Virus record (IMG/VR): IMGVR_UViG_3300033994_001010
Reading direction: 5' to 3' (one strand)
Source: an uncultured virus (IMG/VR IMGVR_UViG_3300033994_001010)
Taxonomy: Duplodnaviria > Heunggongvirae > Uroviricota > Caudoviricetes
Length of the DNA: 64,000 bases
The notes beneath the pieces were generated by a model. The model saw nothing but the letters and a program-made list of their open reading frames with translations. It was not told the origin of the DNA and made no database searches. Positions 1 through 8,305 of the stretch are shown here, piece after piece. Made by a program: the position numbers and the translations under genes. How positions within the stretch are numbered: position 1 is the first letter of the stretch; the number at the start of each line of letters is the position of its first letter.

Positions 1-18
1 CCCATAAGGGAATCGCCC

Positions 19-150
19 AAACTCTAAACCACTACTTCATACACGGCTATAACCCTATAGTAGAGGTAGAGAGTCGAGGCTTGGCAAGTCTAAACCTCTA
101 GTAGAGGGTGAGACACCCCCCCCCCCCACCCTTTAGTAGAGGTTGAGGGT
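19..150. repeat. Three direct copies (51-74, 92-114, 127-150) of CC(C)TnTAGTAGAGGnnGAG, a degenerate inverted copy (21-36) and a C12 run (116-127)
   Basis: Read directly: aaccctatagtagaggtagag / aaacctctagtagagggtgag / caccctttagtagaggttgag in non-coding DNA. Confidence 0.7.
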
Positions 151-267
151 GGCGAGGGGGGCGAGGACCCATCAGCCAATACGCACTAAACCACTAGATA
201 GACCCACCCCAAAAAAATTGGGGTACACACGTATTCCGCCCTAAATAGACCTAATTTCGCTCTAAAT

Positions 268-651
268 TTAGTACCAACCAGGTATTCTTTTGCTTTCCAT
301 TGCGTCAGCCCACGCTTCACCGTCTTCTGTTTCATTGGTAGCACGTTCAGGTGAGGGTATTGCGCCTTTAGACGCTCTAGACACCCGTTGTGCATGCAAT
401 ACCATGCTGGTAGCGATACCTTTTCGCCCGTGTTCCTCGTCAACTGCAATACCGTATAGCGGTCCCTCGTTAGGCCATGTCATTTCTGCAACTACAGCCT
501 TTGTTGGCTTGTGTACTACCGTTACTGCGTGGTCATACACCGTTGGAACCTCTTGCCCAGACTGGGTAAAGTACTCTGCATCTTCGTCTTTTACAGCCCC
601 GGTGGGTCGGTAACGGAATTGATACTCGCTTAGACTCTCGTGAGCAGCCAT
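268..651 (-). CDS. GNAT-family acetyltransferase with N-terminal MAAHESLSEYQF tag
   Basis: Acetyl-CoA motif A (VDEEHGRKGIATSM); start moved to 651 (TAATG overlap); paralog of 7506..7898. Confidence 0.75.
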   Translation of the reverse strand: MAAHESLSEYQFRYRPTGAVKDEDAEYFTQSGQEVPTVYDHAVTVVHKPTKAVVAEMTWPNEGPLYGIAVDEEHGRKGIATSMVLHAQRVSRASKGAIPSPERATNETEDGEAWADAMESKRIPGWY

Positions 652-1025
652 TACTCTGTCTCCCATGTATGGGTTGTACCCATGTGTTGACGCTTAGGTA
701 CTCGTTTTCCTGTACTTTTAGCCCAAGCATCGCCTTCGTCAGTCCGATCTGGTGAATGCTTAGGTGGTTGTACTCCACGAGTAGTTTTTGCCACATCATG
801 TGCATAGTTAAACATGTCAGTTGCTACACCCTGTCTACGGTGGTTTGGTTCCACAAAAATGTTTGATATGTGGTTGTTACCCTTTGAGTACCACTCCAAC
901 TCGCCAACATAGTCAGTATCTTCTTCCGCCACCACCCGATGCCTAGTTTCTTTACCTATAGGTGATTTAGGGTTACCCTTTTCGAACCTAAATTGGTAGC
1001 CACTCAGACTCTCATATGCTGCCAT
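651..1025 (-). CDS. GNAT-family acetyltransferase with N-terminal MAAYESLSGYQF tag
   Basis: ISNIFVEPNHRRQGVATDM motif A; start moved to 1025 (TAATG overlap). Confidence 0.8.
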   Translation of the reverse strand: MAAYESLSGYQFRFEKGNPKSPIGKETRHRVVAEEDTDYVGELEWYSKGNNHISNIFVEPNHRRQGVATDMFNYAHDVAKTTRGVQPPKHSPDRTDEGDAWAKSTGKRVPKRQHMGTTHTWETE

Positions 1026-1330
1026 TAGTTGACCCAACTAGAGTAATTCTTCTTCATTTCATGCCGTTTTGCAAAACCTTCACTTATCAAATCCCTTTTT
1101 GCAGGACTAGACACTGGTTTTCCATGAGAATCTCTCTGGTCACGTTCTTCCATAGCGTATTCCGTCATTCCAATAGCCCTTCTACGCCCTTCTGGAAGGA
1201 TAACTAACGGATGAACAGGGTTACCTTCCCCAGTTATGGTGGTTGCCCAGTTGTTAGCATAGTTTCTCGCCCATGCTTCCCGTACCCGTGGGTATGGAAA
1301 CTGCATTCCTAGACTCTCATGTGCTGCCAT
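1025..1330 (-). CDS. Hypothetical protein with MAAHESLGMQF tag
   Basis: ORF coupled to downstream gene; TATAAT 6 nt upstream of ATG. Confidence 0.7.
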   Translation of the reverse strand: MAAHESLGMQFPYPRVREAWARNYANNWATTITGEGNPVHPLVILPEGRRRAIGMTEYAMEERDQRDSHGKPVSSPAKRDLISEGFAKRHEMKKNYSSWVN

Positions 1331-1336
1331 TGTCTA

Positions 1337-1342
1337 ATTATA
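1337..1342 (-). promoter_or_regulatory. Leaderless -10 box TATAAT
   Basis: TATAAT-6nt-ATG(1330). Confidence 0.6.
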
Positions 1343-1376
1343 CGCTAAGTAAAAAATTTGCCGTCTGAAAGGGCGA

Positions 1377-1955
1377 TTATTTATCCGTAATGCCTAATTC
1401 TGCTTTTGCTTCAGCGTGATACCCACCATCATCTCGTTCTTCAGCAGCAGGGTCAGTAGAGAACTGTTGCGTACTTAGGTGCTTTACATACCCTGATTGA
1501 ACTGCCTGATGGGGGATGACATAGGAAATAGAGCCTGGGTCTTCCCACCTGTTCCTGTATTTGTTAATACCCTTTGTATTATGTTCATTTACTTGTAAAT
1601 CTTCTACGTAATCTTTGGGTTCTCGTGTCTGCCCATATCCTGCAATATGTGGGTCTTCATAGGTAACCATTGATGGGCGTTTGTTTATTTGATAAGTATG
1701 TAGATATGTTGTGAAATCTGGGCCATCTGGGTGGTCTTCATTTTCTGGGTAAGAATAGAAGTCTTCTTCCATTCTTGAATGCATTATCAGAGAACGGTCT
1801 AACGCAGCGTTAATCGTTCCAGCATGGAACCCACCTTTTGGTTTGAGTCCCAACTTATTTTTATACTTTTCATCTCTTGCAGCAAGAACATGAGGAGGCA
1901 CTACGTTTGTACTGGTATGGTAAACCGTGATGTTGGTAGGGTCTTTTTTAGCCAT
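1377..1955 (-). CDS. Putative ADP-ribosyltransferase-fold protein (ART-PolyVal-like)
   Basis: VYHTS...GFHAGT..AA..R and YRNRWEDPGSISYVIP motifs; paralog of 1955..2398 and 7007..7498. Confidence 0.55.
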   Translation of the reverse strand: MAKKDPTNITVYHTSTNVVPPHVLAARDEKYKNKLGLKPKGGFHAGTINAALDRSLIMHSRMEEDFYSYPENEDHPDGPDFTTYLHTYQINKRPSMVTYEDPHIAGYGQTREPKDYVEDLQVNEHNTKGINKYRNRWEDPGSISYVIPHQAVQSGYVKHLSTQQFSTDPAAEERDDGGYHAEAKAELGITDK

Positions 1956-2398
1956 TATTTGGGTACTCCGTGGTTAAATACGTTTCCACCGACCATTCCT
2001 TGCATGGCTTTACCGATATCTTGACCGTCACGACCACGTAAGGCTTGAAACTGTACTCCAAGGTGCTTTACGTGGTTTCCTACAAATTTTGAAGGAATAA
2101 CGTATGAAGTTGATCCTTCATCTTCAATTTTGTTCCTGTAAGGGTAGATACGCTTTTGGTTGTACTCAGGAACAACATTTGGAACATCATCGTATTCCTC
2201 TATAGGATCTGACCACATAGCACGGGAAGTAGGGGCTTTGTCAGAGATTTCATACCCATGAATAGAGGCAATACCACCTAACCGTTCTTCTTCATCTAAC
2301 CTCTCTTGGGAAGCACGAAGTGTTCCTGCATGAAAAGGAGTGTTGTAAGAATGTGGTGCTTCTTGGCTAAACGTGCCGTGGTAGACGATTTTGCCCAT
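1955..2398 (-). CDS. Putative ADP-ribosyltransferase-fold protein (ART-PolyVal-like)
   Basis: VYHGT...FHAGT and YRNKIEDEGSTSYVIP motifs. Confidence 0.55.
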   Translation of the reverse strand: MGKIVYHGTFSQEAPHSYNTPFHAGTLRASQERLDEEERLGGIASIHGYEISDKAPTSRAMWSDPIEEYDDVPNVVPEYNQKRIYPYRNKIEDEGSTSYVIPSKFVGNHVKHLGVQFQALRGRDGQDIGKAMQGMVGGNVFNHGVPK

Positions 2399-2571
2399 TA
2401 TTTCTTCTTCTTTGCTTGTTTGGCTTTATGCTTCTCTAAAAGGTATGCAGGGTCACGCTTGGTAAAGCCTGCTGCTTGATGAATCTCTTCACGGGATACA
2501 GGTTCACCATCTACCCATACATAGGGTTCAATGGGGAACTGCTGTCCGTTAAGGTTGTTTTGGGCTGGCAT
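2398..2571 (-). CDS. 57-aa basic protein with MPAQNNLNGQQF tag (not in ORF track)
   Basis: Hand translation MPAQNNLNGQQFPIEPYVWVDGEPV...AKKKK; TAATG overlaps at both ends fill the gap exactly. Confidence 0.75.
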   Translation of the reverse strand: MPAQNNLNGQQFPIEPYVWVDGEPVSREEIHQAAGFTKRDPAYLLEKHKAKQAKKKK

Positions 2572-3005
2572 TAGGCTCTACCCCGTCTGCGTGGGGTGAA
2601 CTCATGGTAGGTATCATTACCACTACTATTAAAGTCTGTTGCTTGTACGATGTGTACAGGTGTACCCCTACGTAGAGGTATCTCTTGTTCTGATTCTACA
2701 GACCCCATACCCTCGTTAGCGTAGTATTCATGCTCTGGAGTACCTGGTTTTAACATATGGCGTTTGTGTACTAGACCGACAAGGACTGTACCTTTATTCT
2801 CTTCTCGGTCATGTCCACCTGTAAAGTCGGAATCACCAAAATACTCAGTTGCAAACTTGTCGGCTGTCTGGGGGTTGTTATCCCCAACCCAATGATGTCC
2901 TAGGTTATTCTCGTTTACCTCATCGTGGTGTAACCCTGCAAAGCCACGGTGTAGGCGCACATAACGACCTGACTGGAAACTATTGAGGTTTTCGTATGCT
3001 GGCAT
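2571..3005 (-). CDS. Putative ADP-ribosyltransferase (R-x-E type) with MPAYENLNSFQ tag
   Basis: VRLHRG...GHHW...ADKFA...GTVLVG...EQEIPL pattern resembles the ART fold. Confidence 0.55.
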   Translation of the reverse strand: MPAYENLNSFQSGRYVRLHRGFAGLHHDEVNENNLGHHWVGDNNPQTADKFATEYFGDSDFTGGHDREENKGTVLVGLVHKRHMLKPGTPEHEYYANEGMGSVESEQEIPLRRGTPVHIVQATDFNSSGNDTYHEFTPRRRGRA

Positions 3006-3436
3006 TACAGTGGATCTCCGTATTTCCAGTCCATGCTTGGGTAGATGTGTTCCGTAGTTCCTTTTTGTGGGGTGTACGGTGGAAACTCAATCATTTTTGG
3101 GAATCTGTTCTTAAAACGTGCTTCATATTCGTGTAATGGTTCAATATGGGGCATTTTTGCTGTTTTGTCAAATTGTATGTATGTAAAATCTAATGCGTGA
3201 GGGCCTTGACTAGTTGGCACAACATTAATTGCGTGTGCTTCGCCATCCTGCTCAGTTTCATATGCTTTAATCTTTGTTCCTTTTACATTACCAAACTCAC
3301 CGAAATGGTCAGAATAGTCATAGCAACAGCCTCGATCACGCTTCTCTGGGTCTTGATAGTTGGCAAAATACTTAGCACCATGTGCTTCGGCTATACCCTT
3401 AAGTTGGTCAGGGTTTAAATGTTCGTGTGCAGCCAC
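3005..3436 (-). CDS. Putative papain/transglutaminase-like Cys-His-Asp protein with MAAHEHLNPDQL tag
   Basis: GCCYDYS...HAINVV...ALDFT spacing suggests a C-H-D triad. Confidence 0.5.
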   Translation of the reverse strand: MAAHEHLNPDQLKGIAEAHGAKYFANYQDPEKRDRGCCYDYSDHFGEFGNVKGTKIKAYETEQDGEAHAINVVPTSQGPHALDFTYIQFDKTAKMPHIEPLHEYEARFKNRFPKMIEFPPYTPQKGTTEHIYPSMDWKYGDPL

Positions 3437-3936
3437 TATTCTCTAACACCTAGTTCTCGTAAAGCCTTTAGGGTATCTTTAACGCCCTTCTGAGGGTTGT
3501 TTTCGTCTGCTCTAATTGTACGAAGAACAGGAACCTTTGATGATATTTTAAGGGTATCTACTTCGCTTGGTTTCCATTCCCATTCAGTTGTACGTGCATT
3601 TGCTAAACCAATGTGGATATTGCCACCATAACCAATAGAATCTTCAATAGCGCTACTTAAATCATCAACATTGTGCATCTTGGTGCTACCTACATCTGTA
3701 GCGTTATACCCATACAATTGACCCATATGGGAATATTCGGGCTTTACAGCAGTCCCAGACTCATTAAGCATGTGTTCAGGCCAGCGATCCTCAAACTGTG
3801 GGTCAGCATATATCCTGTCAGCCATCGTTTCTGATTTTGGGTCTAACTCTTTTAGATTTGGATCAGGGGAACCATGAATGAAATAAAAAGAGTTGTTATT
3901 GAATTGACGACTATTTAAAGAATGTTTGGCAGCCAT
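3436..3936 (-). CDS. Hypothetical protein, possibly ART-like, with MAAKHSLNSRQF tag
   Basis: FYFIHGSPDPNLKELDP N-terminal strand; start moved to 3936 (TACAAT-6nt-ATG). Confidence 0.55.
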   Translation of the reverse strand: MAAKHSLNSRQFNNNSFYFIHGSPDPNLKELDPKSETMADRIYADPQFEDRWPEHMLNESGTAVKPEYSHMGQLYGYNATDVGSTKMHNVDDLSSAIEDSIGYGGNIHIGLANARTTEWEWKPSEVDTLKISSKVPVLRTIRADENNPQKGVKDTLKALRELGVRE

Positions 3937-3942
3937 TCCCCT

Positions 3943-3967
3943 ATTGTACAACGATTGTGGGTATACT
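3943..3967. promoter_or_regulatory. Back-to-back leaderless promoters (TACAAT minus strand 3943-3948; TATACT plus strand 3962-3967)
   Basis: Each hexamer is 6 nt from an ATG (3936 minus, 3974 plus). Confidence 0.6.
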
Positions 3968-3973
3968 GACCGT

Positions 3974-4303
3974 ATGAATGACACTGACGTACTTGCCCAC
4001 TTAGAAGATGCAGGATCAATGGGGTATACCTGGAAAGAACTACAACCGCTGGTTAAAAGACATCACGGATCAATTAGTGGGTCTTTAAGCAATTTTCATA
4101 AACAACGAATGATTTATATGACTACAAGGAAAAGAAAGGGTTCTTTTGTGTATGTTCATGCTATGTACAGAAACGATTTGCCCAAAGAAATGATTGTAGA
4201 TAAACCAAGGGTTAATAAGGCTAAACAGTTGCTTGATGAGATTGTTGAAGCCTTTGATGCTGGTCGTGACCTTACAAAGTTAATTGATCAGGCTAGAGAA
4301 TAA
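3974..4303 (+). CDS. Hypothetical protein, possible winged-HTH DNA-binding protein
   Basis: GYTWKEL...HHGSISGSLSNFHKQRMIY resembles a wHTH; start moved to 3974. Confidence 0.5.
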   Translation: MNDTDVLAHLEDAGSMGYTWKELQPLVKRHHGSISGSLSNFHKQRMIYMTTRKRKGSFVYVHAMYRNDLPKEMIVDKPRVNKAKQLLDEIVEAFDAGRDLTKLIDQARE

Positions 4304-4312
4304 ATACACTGT

Positions 4313-4924
4313 ATGGCAAAACACATTACAGACATTCCTAAACCTTTTTATTGTTATGTCCAAAATGAGTTCTTATACAACCTCGAAAAGGGGTTTGGTG
4401 AATATACTGCCTGTTTAGTTTATGGGCTATCAGCAATACCTAATAGAGCATGGGGGGTGTCCCTTCTTTTAGAAAATGGGGCATTAGTACAGCATGTCCC
4501 CCTTCACGCTCTAACTTTCCATACACCTGCTATACACCAACATCCTTTAGACCATTTACAGGTATGGAGTTGCTATGGGCAAGATTTTACTACCCATGAG
4601 TACAGCGCCCTATCTGAGTTAGCCGTAAAGGTGTACATGAAAGATGGAGTGTGGGAAACAGGTAGATATATGTTCACTGCTGCTCCATACGGTGATATGT
4701 ACTCCTCAACTCCTGACCAGCACAAACACTTTAACTTCGTGCGTTTAGATTGTGGGCGTGTAGGTGCTTGGCCTGGAAACCGTATGCTCGTGTTTGATGA
4801 GTCTTTTGTCAAACTGTCTGATGAACGCCCCAAATACATTACAAACACTAAGATTTGGTATCCAGAGGGTTTAGATGTGTCTGACCCTTTTGATACAGTT
4901 ATTTCTTCAGACACTTCCTTATAG
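4313..4924 (+). CDS. Phage hypothetical protein
   Basis: 203-aa ORF in operon context. Confidence 0.7.
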   Translation: MAKHITDIPKPFYCYVQNEFLYNLEKGFGEYTACLVYGLSAIPNRAWGVSLLLENGALVQHVPLHALTFHTPAIHQHPLDHLQVWSCYGQDFTTHEYSALSELAVKVYMKDGVWETGRYMFTAAPYGDMYSSTPDQHKHFNFVRLDCGRVGAWPGNRMLVFDESFVKLSDERPKYITNTKIWYPEGLDVSDPFDTVISSDTSL

Positions 4925-4929
4925 TTAGG

Positions 4930-4935
4930 TATAAT
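4930..4935 (+). promoter_or_regulatory. Leaderless -10 box TATAAT
   Basis: TATAAT-6nt-ATG(4942). Confidence 0.6.
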
Positions 4936-4941
4936 CACCAC

Positions 4942-5841
4942 ATGGACTACCCACACACAAACACCACCAAAAAGTACACCAACAAGTTTTGCAAACCACT
5001 GTTAGTTGAGTGGTTTGCTGGATTATTGTTTTACTTCCTTGCAGTAGCGCTAACCATTGGTGGTTCAATACCACTAGCAATTGGTTCAATAACTATCTGT
5101 TTATCTTATTTTATTTTGTTTAACTCAATGCATGCAGCAGCACACCGACACTTTTCTGGTGGTTTGGGTAAGTACCTATGGGTAGATAAAACTATTGGGA
5201 AAACATCTGGAGTACTAACCCAAATACCATATAAACCATTTGCAAACCTGCATATTGAACACCACAAAAACACTGGAACATTTGGCTCAGACCCAGATTT
5301 TATACCGTTCCCATCGTTTAGGTTGATGAATAGGTATTACTTTTTGTCGTATCTAATTCAAGTTGGTTCAATTATTCCAATTTTTAACAAGTACATGATT
5401 AAGAGACTTCCCAAGTTTGTTAGACAAAGGTTGGAGTTTCGTAAGAATAAGACCATTGACAGACAACTAGGAATAACACTTCTTGTTGTTTTGGCTACTG
5501 TGGTTACAGGCTACGGGTCTTACGGATTGTGGTTGATTTATTTTCCTTTCCTACTACAACGCTATGTTTTGATGGTGCTTTTTATGTGGTTACCACATGT
5601 GTCTGGAAGTTCGGACAGGTATAAAAACACTCGTAGTTTGATAACTCCATTGATAAATAGGGTTTCGTTTATCAAACTAGTGGACTTTCACACAGAACAC
5701 CACCTATACCCTTCGGTTCCTTCTTCGTATCTGCGAAAACTGCATTTTGAAATACTTGATGAATTAGAAGAAAACAAAGTAGTTATCCTGGGAAGGTTCA
5801 ATAGAAAGCCTTGGAAGAAACAAAATTTAAACATCCTCTAA
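4942..5841 (+). CDS. Membrane fatty-acid desaturase / CrtR-like carotenoid hydroxylase family protein
   Basis: His boxes HAAAH, HIEHH, HTEHH plus DPD and WLPH; several hydrophobic helices. Confidence 0.8.
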   Translation: MDYPHTNTTKKYTNKFCKPLLVEWFAGLLFYFLAVALTIGGSIPLAIGSITICLSYFILFNSMHAAAHRHFSGGLGKYLWVDKTIGKTSGVLTQIPYKPFANLHIEHHKNTGTFGSDPDFIPFPSFRLMNRYYFLSYLIQVGSIIPIFNKYMIKRLPKFVRQRLEFRKNKTIDRQLGITLLVVLATVVTGYGSYGLWLIYFPFLLQRYVLMVLFMWLPHVSGSSDRYKNTRSLITPLINRVSFIKLVDFHTEHHLYPSVPSSYLRKLHFEILDELEENKVVILGRFNRKPWKKQNLNIL

Positions 5842-5859
5842 TTGATTTATACTTAATCA

Positions 5860-6471
5860 ATGGAAGAATCAGAAAAAGTTAGAAGGACTCCACGCCGTAC
5901 TTTGGCTGATAGTGGAACTACCGCAGAGTCACTTGGGGTTCCTGCTGGAACACCTATTTTTCGTGGTGAAGCACGACCTATCCCACCACACATCAATCAA
6001 GCACAACACGCTGTAGATTTCTTACTAAACCCACCACCTGATGCTGGTTTTGGTGGGGAAGAAGGTACTAAACAATTATTAAGGAAATACACCCCAGGTG
6101 TTGTATTACCGCATCTACGTACCCATATGGGCAAAAGTTGGTCAATTGAGCACAGCACTGCTCAAAAGTTTGCTGATACTCCAGAGTGGGATACTCCACG
6201 TACTTCAGTAGTTTGGCATTCTCGTGTACCCACAAACCCTGAACAATTTATTATGGATAAAGATACAGATTGGGACCCTTGGGACACCGCACAATCAAGG
6301 TTAAAGAATTCACGATATGGCCTTGAAAATGAAGTAATTATGTACAGTGATACCCCACTTGAAATACATCGTGCAGATGTTACCTTTCAAAACCCAAAGA
6401 GAACAGAATCAATAGATATTGATCCACCCATTACAAGAACTATTAAAGATAAAAATTACCCTCGTTTCTAA
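5860..6471 (+). CDS. Putative ADP-ribosyltransferase (R-S-E type)
   Basis: IFRGE...GKSWS...AQKFA...ENEVIM; TATACT-6nt-ATG upstream. Confidence 0.55.
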   Translation: MEESEKVRRTPRRTLADSGTTAESLGVPAGTPIFRGEARPIPPHINQAQHAVDFLLNPPPDAGFGGEEGTKQLLRKYTPGVVLPHLRTHMGKSWSIEHSTAQKFADTPEWDTPRTSVVWHSRVPTNPEQFIMDKDTDWDPWDTAQSRLKNSRYGLENEVIMYSDTPLEIHRADVTFQNPKRTESIDIDPPITRTIKDKNYPRF

Positions 6472-6488
6472 ACATCTATACTTGACTT

Positions 6489-7007
6489 ATGCCTGCTCAC
6501 AACTCTATTAACTGGGATCAGTTTGATGAAAGTTACGAAAAAGGTCATGCCCCATACCTGATAGGTACCGATGCAGAGGCTGACATGGAGCAGTGGTCGT
6601 ATGGAACCACTAAATGGCCTAAAACGTATTTACGAGAGGTAAGAGATAGGCGTGGTGAGCCGTACCAAAACATGCAACAACATTTAAGGGATGAAGTCAA
6701 CCTCCCCGATCAGGTGCAGGTAACCCACAGAGGCAGTGTCCCTAAAGGTGCAAAAGTACGAAGTGGCTCCATAAACCCTAGTTGGACAGGAAGTAACCCA
6801 GATAGTGCTATGGGCATACACCATTATGGGCAAGACAACAAACTGCACATTTACCTAGTTCCACGTGAACACATTATCGGTGTAGGCCATCCGGGAGAAG
6901 AAGAAGTATTTTTTGACGAAGGAAGCCCAAAGAAGAAAGCACCTGCTCCAGGTCTTGGTCAAAAAGGAAAGATCAAAGCAAGAAACAACTTAAAGAGGCT
7001 TAAATAA
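6489..7007 (+). CDS. Putative ART-like protein with MPAHNSINWDQF tag
   Basis: VTHRG...SGS...LVPREHII...EEEVF; basic C-terminal tail; TATACT-6nt-ATG. Confidence 0.5.
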   Translation: MPAHNSINWDQFDESYEKGHAPYLIGTDAEADMEQWSYGTTKWPKTYLREVRDRRGEPYQNMQQHLRDEVNLPDQVQVTHRGSVPKGAKVRSGSINPSWTGSNPDSAMGIHHYGQDNKLHIYLVPREHIIGVGHPGEEEVFFDEGSPKKKAPAPGLGQKGKIKARNNLKRLK

Positions 7008-7498
7008 TGGGTAAAATTGTTTATCACGGAACCTTGTCGGGGAAAGCCCCACATGAAGTTGACCAACCATACTTTCATGCTGGAACTAAAGAATCTGCTT
7101 TAGACAGGATTTTGCATAAAAGCGAAACAACTACGGATACTGGGGAATACGCTTCTGGTTCTGGACAAGTCCACGCATATGAGGTTGAAGACACTGCCCC
7201 AACATCACGCAGGGTGTTTGGTGACCCAATGGCTAGAAACCCTGTTCCAGAGGGAAACATTAAGAAAATACACAGGTATGTAAACGCTTTGGAAAATGAA
7301 GGCTCAATGTCTATGGTTATACCAACAAGATTTGTTGGAACACACGTACGGCATTTAGGTGCTCAATTCTCTGAAAACCTAGATAACGTACTAACAAAGG
7401 CAAGCCAACATGTTACTTCCTCAGAGCAAGAAAACAAAGGTTCTGCGTTAAAACCTAACCAAAAACAAAAACTATCTGAAATCTATTCGGAACTATAA
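7007..7498 (+). CDS. Putative ADP-ribosyltransferase-fold protein (ART-PolyVal-like)
   Basis: MGKIVYHGT...FHAGT; YVNALENEGSMSMVIP; paralog of 1955..2398. Confidence 0.55.
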   Translation: MGKIVYHGTLSGKAPHEVDQPYFHAGTKESALDRILHKSETTTDTGEYASGSGQVHAYEVEDTAPTSRRVFGDPMARNPVPEGNIKKIHRYVNALENEGSMSMVIPTRFVGTHVRHLGAQFSENLDNVLTKASQHVTSSEQENKGSALKPNQKQKLSEIYSEL

Positions 7499-7505
7499 TT
7501 GAGTC

Positions 7506-7898
7506 ATGGCTGCACATCATAACCTAAGCGAATATCAGTTCAGGTATCGCCCTACTGGTCCTCAAGTAGATTTTCCTGGTTACGATAATACTCGTGATGA
7601 AGATGAGTGGGATGAAAATAAATGGACTTTGTATGACCACGAAGTTTACGCAGTACATAAACCAACCAATAGTCGGGTTGGTGAAATGTTTTACCATACA
7701 GATGGTCCTATCTTTCAAATTGATGTTGATGAAGACCATAAGCGTAAAGGTATTGCTACAGAGATGGTAAACCATGCAACAAGAGTGGCAAAGGCATCTA
7801 ATAAGAAAATACGCCCCCCAAGCCGTGCGTACACTGAAACAGACGAAGGTTCAGATTGGGCTGATTCAATGGTAAAACGTGGATTGATGAAAGAGTAA
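7506..7898 (+). CDS. GNAT-family acetyltransferase with MAAHHNLSEYQF tag
   Basis: IDVDEDHKRKGIATEM motif A; TATAAT-6nt-ATG. Confidence 0.75.
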   Translation: MAAHHNLSEYQFRYRPTGPQVDFPGYDNTRDEDEWDENKWTLYDHEVYAVHKPTNSRVGEMFYHTDGPIFQIDVDEDHKRKGIATEMVNHATRVAKASNKKIRPPSRAYTETDEGSDWADSMVKRGLMKE

Positions 7899-8281
7899 TG
7901 GCTAAAGAACACCTTCAAGGCGAACAACTTAAAATGTTTATGACCCCTAATGAAATCATTGGGGCTGTTGATGACTCTGTAGACCGTAACGAAGACGAAG
8001 ACCTAGATCAATTATGGGAAATGAAAGAATCAGAACTTGATAACAGCCCAGAGTATTCCAAATTAAAAGAAAGTGTCAACAAAGAAGGCGTTAAACGCCC
8101 AGTTACTTTAACTACTAACTACGGTGGTAAAGGTACTTTGTTTATGGGTGATGGTCATCATCGTGTTGTCGCTGCTTACCAAAAACAAGAGCAAACTAAA
8201 AGACAACAATATGTCCCCGTTATTTATTCGAATAACTATGGTGAAACTGCTGATTCTATTTTTGATGAACCAAGCAAGTGA
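7898..8281 (+). CDS. ParB/Srx-like N-terminal domain protein with MAKEHLQGEQL tag
   Basis: LKESVNKEGVKRPV...MGDGHHRVVAA motif. Confidence 0.75.
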   Translation: MAKEHLQGEQLKMFMTPNEIIGAVDDSVDRNEDEDLDQLWEMKESELDNSPEYSKLKESVNKEGVKRPVTLTTNYGGKGTLFMGDGHHRVVAAYQKQEQTKRQQYVPVIYSNNYGETADSIFDEPSK

Positions 8282-8305
8282 CTAAATTTCTACTAATATT
8301 TAACT

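Noticed and set aside
19..150. Possible CRISPR array
   Set aside because: The repeats are short and degenerate, with only three copies, 12-17 nt spacers and no cas genes in the window.
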